A DNA stretch of 64,000 nucleotides, taken from assembly GCA_000091205.1 (NCBI GenBank), contig AP006502.2, one strand, 5' to 3'. Origin of the DNA: Cyanidioschyzon merolae (taxonomy: Eukaryota). The notes under the pieces were generated by a model. The model was given only the letters and a program-made list of their open reading frames with translations. It did not search any database and was not told the origin of the DNA. A program made the translations under genes and the position numbers. Below, in pieces: positions 22,652-31,677 of this stretch (positions within the stretch are counted from its first letter, which is position 1; every line of letters starts with the position of its first letter).

Positions 22652-23740
22652 ATGGATGCGCCTCAGGAGAGTCACTTTATTCTGAGGTTGCCTGAGCGTC
22701 TGGCAAAGCGCTTGCGAGACGCGTTGGAGGCGAGCGCATGGGATACTGTCGAGGACGCTACTACCAGCGTCGGCGGGCGACGTACAGTAGCTGCCACCGC
22801 TGTTGATTCGGTCGACCAGGGGTTTTCCAGTGCTGGCAACAGTCTAGCTGCAGATAATACTGGTCAGGCGAGCACGCGGCAGTTGCTGGCGTCGACGAAG
22901 ACCGAACAGTTTTGGTTGGTTTTCTTTCCGGAAAATCGCAATGGCCGTCTAGCTGCGCTTCGTATCGGGAACGAAACGCAGTACGAAGAGCACTTTGGCT
23001 TCATGTTCGATCTTCCGTGCATAGTGGAGTCATGGAAGACTTTAGACGGCCGCACAGTGTACAAGTGCGCGGACGTGCACCAAATCCTTCAGATCTACGA
23101 AGACCCGAAGGATCTGCCGACCGGCACAGAAGAGACCCTTGGGGACGGATTAACGCCCGCTAGTCGTGGCTTCCTTGAACGCCATCGGCCAGAAGAACCC
23201 AAGTATTCGGCGATAGAGGTGGCGCAGCATGAGGAAATCATCAAGTATGCGCTGGACTTTCGAAAACCGTGGAATGGGCCGATGCCAGTCTCAGTGGATG
23301 TTGACGAAGAGGTCGTAGAGGAGGAGATCTGGGTGCCGCTTCCCAAAGAGGAGATGCCAAAGCCGCCAGAAGCATCAGTCATAACCCAAGCAAGTGCTTC
23401 TGTGGCGAATATGGAGAAGCTGCCGAATGAAACACCTCGTGAGGCAGCGCCGGTATCTCTCCCAACGGAAACGGATCAGCTTGCGTCTGAGCTTGAAGAG
23501 GCGCTCCTGCAGGACTCTGAACCCGCGACCACGGAAGAAAGGCCCTCTGCGACGGCCGTTAGTGCCGCACGCCAGGCGGAACAGGCTCGAAAGGATCTTC
23601 TCCGCCGCAATTTAGAGCAGCGGATTGCGGAACTGGAGCGGGAGATCAGTCGTATCGCGAACCCTCTTTTGCGCTCAAGAGTCCAGCGTCGCTTGGAACA
23701 GACGAAAGCGGAGCTAGATCAGCTGAATGCGGCTGATTAA
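22652..23740 (+). CDS. TAF7: TFIID subunit TAF7-like
   Basis: ATG start. The TAF7 N-terminal domain blocks ESHFILRLPERLAKRLRDAL and DLPCIVESWKTLDGRTVYKCADVHQIL match metazoan and fungal TAF7 (ESQFILRLP...[27 protein letters not shown]). The tail is acidic and coiled-coil. Confidence 0.75.
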   Translation: MDAPQESHFILRLPERLAKRLRDALEASAWDTVEDATTSVGGRRTVAATAVDSVDQGFSSAGNSLAADNTGQASTRQLLASTKTEQFWLVFFPENRNGRLAALRIGNETQYEEHFGFMFDLPCIVESWKTLDGRTVYKCADVHQILQIYEDPKDLPTGTEETLGDGLTPASRGFLERHRPEEPKYSAIEVAQHEEIIKYALDFRKPWNGPMPVSVDVDEEVVEEEIWVPLPKEEMPKPPEASVITQASASVANMEKLPNETPREAAPVSLPTETDQLASELEEALLQDSEPATTEERPSATAVSAARQAEQARKDLLRRNLEQRIAELEREISRIANPLLRSRVQRRLEQTKAELDQLNAAD

Positions 23741-24632
23741 GTTGGTTTATCGCGTCATGTCGATAAGCAAGCCAGGTTGCTGCGCGTCATGCGTCTAACC
23801 GGTGACACCACCGTTAGCCTGGCACGCCGCGTGGATATCGAAGCGGATCTGTTCTGATGTGAGACGCTGGATTATGGGCGTCTCCCGGTGGATGCAATCC
23901 ACCACATGTACGGAATGCAGCGCCTACTTTTGGCGCAAGTTACGCAATGTATGAACGAACATCGATGCACGAGCGCACGAACGAACGAATATTCCGGAAT
24001 ACACAGGCACGAACGCATTTTCATTCTGGATGAAGCAGGTATTCGGTTGCGCATGCGCCCAAGTCACGCGTGATGTACCTGCGATGAATAGCCAGCTCGA
24101 TCAATGTACGAACGACATGCATCCGGATGCACATGCTTTTCATGAAACTACGTCATAGGCATCGTTAACAAGAGACAGCGCTCGCTCAAGAGCAGTATAT
24201 TCACTTTTGAAGCGTACGCTCTCGAATCCACAGGGCGCCGGTGACGACCGCTTGGGCCACCTACCGAGACACCATATCGAGCGCTACTTTCATGTTCAGT
24301 CCGGTCCGACGGTCAGACCACGAACAAGGCGTACTGCGCGTCTTTGCCTCATACCGATTCCACCGTTTCCAAAGAACGGAGCTGGCGATTCTTCGAATGC
24401 TTCTGCACGAGATGATGCACCAGTAATTTTGAACGCCCCAAACACGGCACGGCGATGCACGGTGCAGTTATCTGTTAAGAGGCGCAGTCGCGCATCTGAA
24501 CCAAGGCCAAACTCCACGCTCGACAAATATCGAGTGCAGACTTGAACCACTCCGGCGAAGATCAGGACTCTTCGAGGCCAACGATGGCGCATCGAAGAGA
24601 CCGGCTCCCAGGAGACCCCATGTTGATGCGCT

Positions 24633-25394
24633 TTACGCATCCGTCTTGTACAGGCATCGGAAGCGAATCTCTAATGCTTCCAGTGGGATTGTACTTAAAT
24701 GTGCGGCATTGTGCTCCAGCATCTCTGTGGACTTGCCAGACGCCACAGCTGCGTCGACTTGATCATCTCGAAGAAGGTTGATCGTGGGCAAGGGTGCTCG
24801 TCGTTCGTAATCCAACTGGTCTACCGGGATACAACCGTTCGCTGGGGCACCATGCTTCGCATACATATGCATTGGATGGAAAAAAACCAGCACGAAGGAA
24901 TCACTTAGGCCGCGTGCCTCCCAGCGTCGTTCCAGAAGGAGCGTGCTCGCATAGAAACGCTCAAAGTCTCGGGGATGAAAGTTCGGCAACACGAGCAGTG
25001 TGGTTGCCAACGCTTCCTCTGGTGCATGCTGCAGCACTTGCGCCTCTCGCTCCAGTGCTCGTTCAACTTGTTGGATGGATGTAGCACCATCAACGGCAAT
25101 TCTCACCTGGTTGGCGAGAAAAGGCGCCCGCGCGTACGGGCACAGCTGGAGCGCCAGCACAAAGTCGCGAACCCACCTGCGCGTTAACGCTTCGCAGTGC
25201 GGGACATCCACCGGTAAACTTGACTGAGATTCGATCATAACTTTTGCAGCCCTTTTCGTTGTCGCCAGATTCCATCGACTGCGCGAGTAGCACACGCGTC
25301 TCCCCGTCCTACAACCATTGACCAGCGGCTGTGCGACGTTTATGGCACTGAGAAAACCCAGCCGCTCTCGGGTGTACTCTCCTGACGAGTGCAT
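24633..25394 (-). CDS. DUF1415-family protein (unknown function), with N-terminal presequence-like extension
   Basis: ATG at revcomp 25392-25394. Core blocks TRRWVRDFVLALQLCPYARAP, TTLLVLPNF, VLVFFHP, GCIPVD and PLPTINLLR fit the DUF1415 consensus, which includes a LCPFA block. Confidence 0.7.
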   Translation of the reverse strand: MHSSGEYTRERLGFLSAINVAQPLVNGCRTGRRVCYSRSRWNLATTKRAAKVMIESQSSLPVDVPHCEALTRRWVRDFVLALQLCPYARAPFLANQVRIAVDGATSIQQVERALEREAQVLQHAPEEALATTLLVLPNFHPRDFERFYASTLLLERRWEARGLSDSFVLVFFHPMHMYAKHGAPANGCIPVDQLDYERRAPLPTINLLRDDQVDAAVASGKSTEMLEHNAAHLSTIPLEALEIRFRCLYKTDA

Positions 25395-25646
25395 GCTCTC
25401 CTCAACTATGCGTTTCTTCAGGTGAAACTCGTGCGGCTGTTGAAGAGCCTCACCTCGGGGAACGAAACCGTAACCATGGTAAGGCGAACGACCTTCAGAT
25501 GCACGTGCTCGCTCGCGTTCGGCGAGCTACAGCTGCTGACAGCTGCCCTGGTCACGAAACCCCGGTCTGGCCCGGAGACAAGTCCACTGCCCAAATCTGC
25601 CGTTTTTAAAGCGGATGTTCACCAGCAGAGTCACTCGTGACGGTTG

Positions 25647-26396
25647 ATGTTTGACGCGATTGAGATGGGAAGCCAAACTCCTGCGTCTCAGCCGGCTGCA
25701 AGTCCTGGACTGGCTGCCGTAGCGCAGGGTGCAGAAGCCACCATCTACCGCACGAGGCTCTTCGGTGACCAGGACGTGGCCATTAAACAACGTTTGCCCA
25801 AGCGTTATCGCATACCGGAGCTAGATGAACACCTGAACCGCTCGAGAATCATCGCTGAGGCACGAGCGCTCGCGCGAGCCTGGTCTCTACCGCACGTTCA
25901 CGTACCTGCAGTGTACTTAGTGGATCCACACCGGCTGCGACTGGTTCTAGAGTGGATAGAGGGTTTGAGTCTGCGCGACTGGTTGCGCACGCGTGAATCA
26001 GTTGAAGGAACAACGCATATAGCAGCAGTGTTGGAACAAGTCGGACGCATGGTAGCGGCGATACACGCGGTGGGCCTCATCCACGGTGACCTCACGACTT
26101 CCAACTTCATTGTGCGCGAGTCCGCCGACCGAAACGAAAGCACTGTATTTGTGATTGACTTTGGGTTAGCGCAGCAGTACCCTATACAGAGCGACACCAC
26201 AGTGGAAGCGAAAGCTGTTGACCTGTATGTGCTCGAGCGCGCGCTCGCTTCTGTTCATGTTCAGCAAGCAGCAGCGTACTTTGCGCAGGTTTTGCGAGCG
26301 TATGAATCGGGTTCCTCAATTGAAAATGCGAAGCTCGTGCTACGAAGGCTTGATGTTGTTAGAGCTCGGGGACGCAAGCGAGCAATGATCGGTTAG
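25647..26396 (+). CDS. BUD32: Bud32/TP53RK(PRPK)-type atypical kinase (KEOPS subunit)
   Basis: The track's start is a TTG, and the first ATG is at 25647. Motifs are GAEATIYRT, IAEARALARA, LVLEWIEG, catalytic-loop GLIHGDLTTSNFIV, VIDFGL, AVDLYVLERA and the typical RGRKRAMIG end. Confidence 0.8.
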   Translation: MFDAIEMGSQTPASQPAASPGLAAVAQGAEATIYRTRLFGDQDVAIKQRLPKRYRIPELDEHLNRSRIIAEARALARAWSLPHVHVPAVYLVDPHRLRLVLEWIEGLSLRDWLRTRESVEGTTHIAAVLEQVGRMVAAIHAVGLIHGDLTTSNFIVRESADRNESTVFVIDFGLAQQYPIQSDTTVEAKAVDLYVLERALASVHVQQAAAYFAQVLRAYESGSSIENAKLVLRRLDVVRARGRKRAMIG

Positions 26397-26865
26397 GGTC
26401 ACGGGTAGCTCCAGTGCACTACTGACACCTGGAGCGTGCCGCAGCGCCGGAAACTCGCACAGCAGAGAGGTACACTTTGGCACCGAGGTGATCGTTTCCA
26501 GTCTATACGTTGCATGCTTGTTGCTCTTGGTCGAGGGTTTGACATACTTGTGCTTGTGCAGGCTAAAATGTACTTCGCGCCCTGAACTGCGTATGACTCG
26601 AACGCCGGATTTCCTGCGAATAGGACGCATCCTCGAAGATGCAGCGCCACCTGCAAATTGTTTTGGTTTAGAGGGAACATCTACCAACGTACGTACAGGA
26701 AGCGATGTTCGAATGTGAATATGTCCAGCGTTGAGGGAGGGCGCATGCTTTCCTGCATATCGCGTGCTGGAAGGTGCGTTTCAGTTTTTGCCCCGTATCG
26801 ATAACTTATATGGAATGCACCGTAGTACGTCGATATAAATCTACAACAGCAGTGCATATTGTTTT

Positions 26866-27060
26866 GTAGAATCCAAATCCACCATTTAGTAGGTCTGTCG
26901 GGTACGCAGAACCCGCACGTCCGTGTCGACACACCGCAAGAATACCAGCACACGTATTTTTTCAGAATCCGAATCCATCCAAAAGGTCTGTTGCATATGC
27001 AGAACACACCGCTTCACGTCAACAGACCTCTACTGTAGCGTAAACGTACCGTCATAGAGT
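26866..27060. repeat. Two tandem, diverged ~95-bp units, each with a hairpin-forming segment, in an ORF-free region
   Basis: The units begin gtagaatccaaatccacca...aggtctgtcg...gcagaaccc and cagaatccgaatccatcc...aggtctgttg...gcagaacac. The second contains a perfect 10-bp stem, aggtctgttg ... caacagacct. Confidence 0.5.
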
Positions 27061-27359
27061 CCCTGTAACTAGAAAAAACGCTTTCTCACAGCGTAGATGA
27101 AGCAGCAAGCACTTGACTGCGAGAGCGGAGCTCGCGTGAACACGATTCTCACTGCTGTTTTCGCAGCCGCCAGATACGAGAAAATGTTTTTTGGTGCTCC
27201 AGCGTATGCGAGCAACTGCAAGGCACACCGGTTAAGGGCGATTCTCATTCGCGACCGCTCTTGCTTGGGGACGACACGTTCGCAGCGCGTTCCACACCTG
27301 ACAAGGTGGCAGCGTGTCGGTAGGAATCACGCCTAACTGAGCGAGTCCGTTACGCAGGC

Positions 27360-28118
27360 ATGGACGCGAGTCAGCGGGTGCCTCTGGACTTTCGCCGAGC
27401 TGTGCGCCGGTCTGACGAGATTGCGCGTGAACCACTTTTTCCTCGCTGTCCCATTGGCTGGGAAAACTTTGTTCCCAGTGGCTGGGTCGTCCCCCTCGGC
27501 CAGTCTCTGGTCTCCGTGAGCGTCCCAGCGGCAAACAAAGCCGAGTCACAGCCGCGCTTCTCTAATACCGGGCGCTTGCCCGACTCCGCAGCCGAAGGGA
27601 CCCCTGTAAGAGGCCCTGTGCCGCCCGGATCTACCGACGCTGAAAATACGCTGTCCGTATGCACGGTTCTTGCGTCGCGTCTGCTGGTTGATTCACTGCC
27701 GATCGTTGTCCTCGATACGGCCGAGCGTGGAGGACGATTCGGCAGGCCGGGCTTTCGCAAACCAAAACCAGCAGAGATCTATCTTGTCGAGTGGATGCGA
27801 CCCTGCACACTAGATGACTTCACCTGCAATGGCCTCGTGAATATCGGCTCTGGGATGCCCGGTATGACCTGGGGTTCTGGTGGCGGCACTGGGTCGCCAC
27901 GGGCTCAAGGCACGGCGTCGCCATCGACAGAGCGAGCAACGAGCCAACGAATGAAATTGACTTGGGTTACGATTTCAGTTCTGGAATGTTTTGGGAATGA
28001 GGCCCTGGAATATTTCCGGAAACGGCAACAAGCCGCGGAGACGGTAGCGGCGTTGCGGAAACCGGACGTCGGCATCATGCCGTCGAAGCGATACACTCGA
28101 TACCGCTCGCTCGACTAG
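27360..28118 (+). CDS. Hypothetical protein of 252 aa
   Basis: True ATG, 252 codons, no recognised domain. It sits between two confidently called genes in a dense genome. Confidence 0.3.
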   Translation: MDASQRVPLDFRRAVRRSDEIAREPLFPRCPIGWENFVPSGWVVPLGQSLVSVSVPAANKAESQPRFSNTGRLPDSAAEGTPVRGPVPPGSTDAENTLSVCTVLASRLLVDSLPIVVLDTAERGGRFGRPGFRKPKPAEIYLVEWMRPCTLDDFTCNGLVNIGSGMPGMTWGSGGGTGSPRAQGTASPSTERATSQRMKLTWVTISVLECFGNEALEYFRKRQQAAETVAALRKPDVGIMPSKRYTRYRSLD

Positions 28119-28451
28119 GCTTTTCGTACGATACAGAGGCCGGTTGCGAGCGTTTCGGATTGGTGCGTCCGCCTTGGAGGCTCCCGCGGTCCAAGTTTTT
28201 CTGGTGTAGCATCAATGGATGAGTGGATGGATGGGTGGTCGGATGGATCTAGAGTCTTTCCGGCCACACGGTTGCAGCAGAAAGCAAGCAGGGCGGCAAT
28301 CGTGTCGTCATCGTGGTGGTCGCTGCTTTTGGTGAAGACCTGTAATAAGGGCGCTTTGGAGAACGCAGGGCATCGCTAAGACAGCGAGCCGATGGTGTTT
28401 ACGTCCGGTCGCCATGCTCTATTTCGATACAAGCGCTCATCTCCGATCACA

Positions 28452-28583
28452 AAGTTCAGGTGAGTGAAGCACATGCAACGTGTGAAGGTTGCCATCGTTG
28501 GATCCATGGTAAAAAAGTCGTTCAAGTTCAGGTTAATGAAGCCCTTGCAACGCGGAACGTTTGCTGTCGTTGGATCCGTAACC
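28452..28583. repeat. Two tandem ~60-bp units (aagttcaggt.a.tgaagc.c.tgcaacg...gttggatcc.t..) preceded by a (GGATG)n-like tract at 28210-28260
   Basis: Visible directly in the sequence. Confidence 0.5.
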
Positions 28584-28877
28584 TTGTTCGCATTGGAATA
28601 GCGACATTGTCCTTGTGCGTATATTAGATTGTGGAGAAATCTCGGAAAAGTCACGCTCAAGTCACTCTATGTGCAGCGTGAGAATACAGGAGCTCCAGTT
28701 TTCGGGAATATCGCGGGCATTCACATATTCCGATCAAAGCAGCATCCAGACAGTTAGATCAATATTATTTGTAGACCTAAATATCGAGCCATAAATCGTC
28801 GCGGAATACTCTCGCGGCGCCTGAACAGCACGGGTATGATCGAGTTGTACGATATGCTCTTTTGGGATCAAGCGTTG

Positions 28878-29588
28878 CTAGCGCGGTTCAACGTGATTTT
28901 TTGCGCTGCGCTTTCTCGCTATCTGCTGAGCATCCAGCTCATGATCGCTGCTGGATGCAGTCGCGCTTAGGCACACGTCCACAGACGAAGCGTTTCGCCT
29001 TTTCCGACGACGCCTGAACCACACATTTCTCCGCTGAACGTCTTCGCAGAGCAGAGCAAACCATGCGGGTAGGGTACCCTTATCTACTGCACGGCTCTCT
29101 TCGCTCGTCAGCTTCGCATCAGCGGGTTGCGCGGCGTTGGTCGCCGGCTCGTGCGACAAAACTTTATCGTTTGCGGGCGCGTATCGCAGCGCCTCCGACG
29201 AGACTGCCTGCTCGGGAGCGCTGCAAACCGGAGCGTCTTCGCTTTGCAAAGGACCTTGTGCTGTGCGCGGCGAAGTAACAGACGGCGTCGACGTGCTCTG
29301 TGGTGAATTGCTCCACAAAGACGCAGTAAAGTCCATCTTCTCCGAAAACGCTCCAGGTTTTATGCCAGTCTGACAAGTCAGACAAAGAGCTGTCTCATAT
29401 GCGACTGGCACCTGCTCGCAGCGCTCGCACAACGGCAGCGCTGTCACGGACGAACCCAGCGGCTGCGACGCACTTCGCTGCGCAAATGAATCCCAGCAAC
29501 CATCGCAAATACAAGACTCTTGACAGTATTTGCGAGCAACTGCTTTATTGCAAGTTTCACAGAGTACCTCACAAGTTGCGAGCCGCAT
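28878..29588 (-). CDS. Hypothetical cysteine-rich protein (possible zinc-finger)
   Basis: The track's start is a GTG, and the first ATG is at revcomp 29586-29588. Paired Cys clusters are CETCNKAV...YCQESCICDGCWD and CERCEQV...CLTCQ. No family was assigned. Confidence 0.25.
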   Translation of the reverse strand: MRLATCEVLCETCNKAVARKYCQESCICDGCWDSFAQRSASQPLGSSVTALPLCERCEQVPVAYETALCLTCQTGIKPGAFSEKMDFTASLWSNSPQSTSTPSVTSPRTAQGPLQSEDAPVCSAPEQAVSSEALRYAPANDKVLSHEPATNAAQPADAKLTSEESRAVDKGTLPAWFALLCEDVQRRNVWFRRRRKRRNASSVDVCLSATASSSDHELDAQQIARKRSAKNHVEPR

Positions 29589-29744
29589 TAAAGCATTCCA
29601 GGCGTCTCTTGAGCGTGTTCGTCTCACAAACGAAAGTTCGCCAGCGCCCACGCACGAAAAAGCCCTCGTGGCAGCGGTGCACTGCAGTGGCGATCGCCGC
29701 GCTCTGGACTAGACATCACCAACTTACGCGCAGACGCCTCGCAG

Positions 29745-31590
29745 TTTTCTTGGACCGTCCACCCACTACTACTTACAACTTTTTCTCATATAGTTCGACT
29801 TGTAGAGGTTGTCCAACTAAGTTCTTTCGTGTCCAATCTGGAGGTCTTTTCTCCACCACCGCACATCTCCGTATTGATTGCGGCATGAAAGCCTCGATTC
29901 ACGAATTCCATCCGTTTCTTGCCATCGTTGGTTGTACTGACCAATGCAAGCGATCCTCGAACTTTCGCCCTCCTTTCCATTAGCTCTTCCGTCAGAGGTC
30001 CGTACTTTTTTATATCCTCAGGGTTCCGCTGACACTTTTCCATCTCGACCCTCTGAAGTGTACAACCCAGCGCGTGGTGTGTATATGATGCTCGAAACTC
30101 ATCTATCGGTATTGTAACGAAACGCCGTGCACACTCCTTGTATACCCTCGTCGTTGGAGCTGGAGTAGTCCTTTTTGGGTCTTCCATCGCCCTGCTCAAT
30201 ACGCTACTACGAGCATCTGACTTTCATCCTCCTATAGGGCGCTCAACTGATTGAAGAAATTCGCGAACGCCCGCTGCTTCCCACAGTACAAATTCAATCG
30301 CAAACGAGCCCACCGGGGCTTTGTATACTCCTCCCACAGCGCATCCCAATGCGCAATGCGAACTTCCATGAATTTCCGAAAAAGCTTCAAAGTCCGCTTC
30401 TCGGCTCGTCACCTCGCTCAAAGCTGCCAGGTGCTCTTTCACTCCTGCGTTCCAAGTCTCAATTTTCTTTCTCGCATTCATCATGCCGGATTCTCGATAG
30501 TATCTCGCTCTCGGGAATCTCAACAGACGCATTTCTCTCTGACGTAAGTTGCCGTTGATACAATCTTCCGCACGCTTTGGTGCTTCAATGGTTATGATAT
30601 TTGTGTTTCCGGGTTCCGCGCGGAAGGTGCCAGATAACGACTTTGTCGTTGGCGCGGACCCCGGAAACACAAATATCATAACCATCGGTGCTCCCAAGCG
30701 CGTGGAAGATGGTGCTGACGGCAACTTACGTCAGAAAGCCATGCGTCTTCTGAGATTATCGAGAGCGAGATACTATCGAGCATCCGCTATAATGAATGCG
30801 AGAAAGAAAATTGAGACTTGGAACGCAGGAGTGAAAGAGCACCTGGCAGCTTTGAGCGAGGTGACGAGCCGAGAAGCGGACTTTGAAGCTTTTTCGGAAA
30901 TTCATGGAAGTTCGCATTGCGCATTGGGATGCGCTGTGGGAGGAGTATACAAAGCCCCGGTGGGCTCGTCTGCGAATGAATCTATACGGTGGGAGGCAGC
31001 GGGCGTTTGCTAATTTTTTCAATCAGTTGAGTGCCTTGAAGGAGGATGAAAGTCAGAGGCGCGTAGTAGCGTATTGAGCAGGGCGCTGGAAGACACAGAA
31101 AGGGCGTTCACCAGCTCCAACGACAAGAACGTACAAAGAGTGTGCACGGCGTTTCGTTACGATACGGGTAGAGGAGTTTCGAGCATCGTATACACACCAA
31201 GAGCTGGGATGTACACTTCAGAGAGTGGAGATGGAAAAGTGCCAGAGCAGCCCTGAGGAAATAGCAAAGTACGGATCGCTGACGGAGGAGCAAATGGAAA
31301 GGAGGGCAAAAGTTCCAGGACTTCTTGCATTAGTGAGTACAACGAGTGACGGCAAGAAGCGGATGGAGTTCGTGAACCGAGACGTTAACCCAGCTATCAA
31401 TATCAGGAAGTGTGCGGTGCTGGAGAAAATACCTCCAGCGTCGACAAGAGAGAACTTTGTTGGACAGCCTCTCAAAGTCGAACTATATGAGAAAAAGTTG
31501 GAAGCAGTAGTGAGTGGCCTGTCCAAAAGACCAGGAGGCGTCTGCACCTCAATTGAAGACTTCTTGTCTAGAGCGGGTTTCTCGCCACTA
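29745..31590. mobile_element. Palindromic head-to-head pair of 5'-truncated Fanzor/TnpB-like (IS200/IS605 OrfB-type RuvC nuclease) elements
   Basis: The central ~30 bp per side is a perfect inverted repeat: 30589-30616 (ggttatgatatttgtgtttccgggttcc) is the reverse complement of 30657-30684, across a ~40-bp asymmetric spacer. Each arm of ~0.9 kb then encodes, reading outward, a RuvC-I-like motif (VGADPGNTNIITIG), a degenerate Zn-finger region (VTI..EFRASYTH..LGC...CQ) and a RuvC-III motif (KRMEFVNRDVNPAINI). Arm ends near 29745 and 31590 are marked by antisense ORFs 29399-29983(+) and 31218-31976(-), which share the string LDRP.TT..NFFSYSST.RGCPTKF. Confidence 0.65.
29786..30637 (-). pseudogene. 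Fanzor/TnpB-like nuclease, minus-strand copy, more degraded
   Basis: Reading in reverse complement gives ...TFRAEPGNTNIITIEAPKR... (RuvC-I D to E). Frame breaks fall at ~30224 and 30199, then ...TRVYKECARRFVTIPIDEFRASYTHHALGCTLQRVEMEKCQRNPEDIKKYG...GKKRMEFVNRGFHAAINTEMCGGG (RuvC-III DV to GF), stopping at 29786. Confidence 0.5.
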
Positions 31591-31662
31591 CTGTACCACT
31601 GGCGACGTTCGACTTTCGAACGGCGTTCGATGGAAAGGGTGTTATTGGCCCTAGCTTTTTGA
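30639..31662 (+). pseudogene. Fanzor/TnpB-like nuclease, plus-strand copy, RuvC-I to C-terminus, interrupted
   Basis: Frame 0 runs 30639 to ~30950 (DFVVGADPGNTNIITIGAPKR...NARKKIETWNAGVKEHLAAL...). It shifts to frame +1 (…RQRAFANFFNQLSALKEDE…), hits an in-frame TGA at 31075-31077, then continues ...TYKECARRFVTIRVEEFRASYTHQELGCTLQRVEMEKCQ...GKKRMEFVNRDVNPAINIRKCAVLEK… to the stop at 31662. The aspartates of RuvC-I and RuvC-III are retained. There is no N-terminal WED/REC region. Confidence 0.55.
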
Positions 31663-31677
31663 GTTTTGATAACGGTG

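Noticed and set aside
30549-30640. Apparent N-terminal extension MPLIQSSARFGASMVMIFVFPGS of the plus Fanzor-like copy, and the mirror MPSAPSS...MVMIFVFPGS of the minus copy
   Set aside because: These residues are the antisense read-through of the opposite palindrome arm (MVMIFVFPG is the reverse complement of PGNTNIITI). They are a by-product of the palindrome, not real coding sequence.
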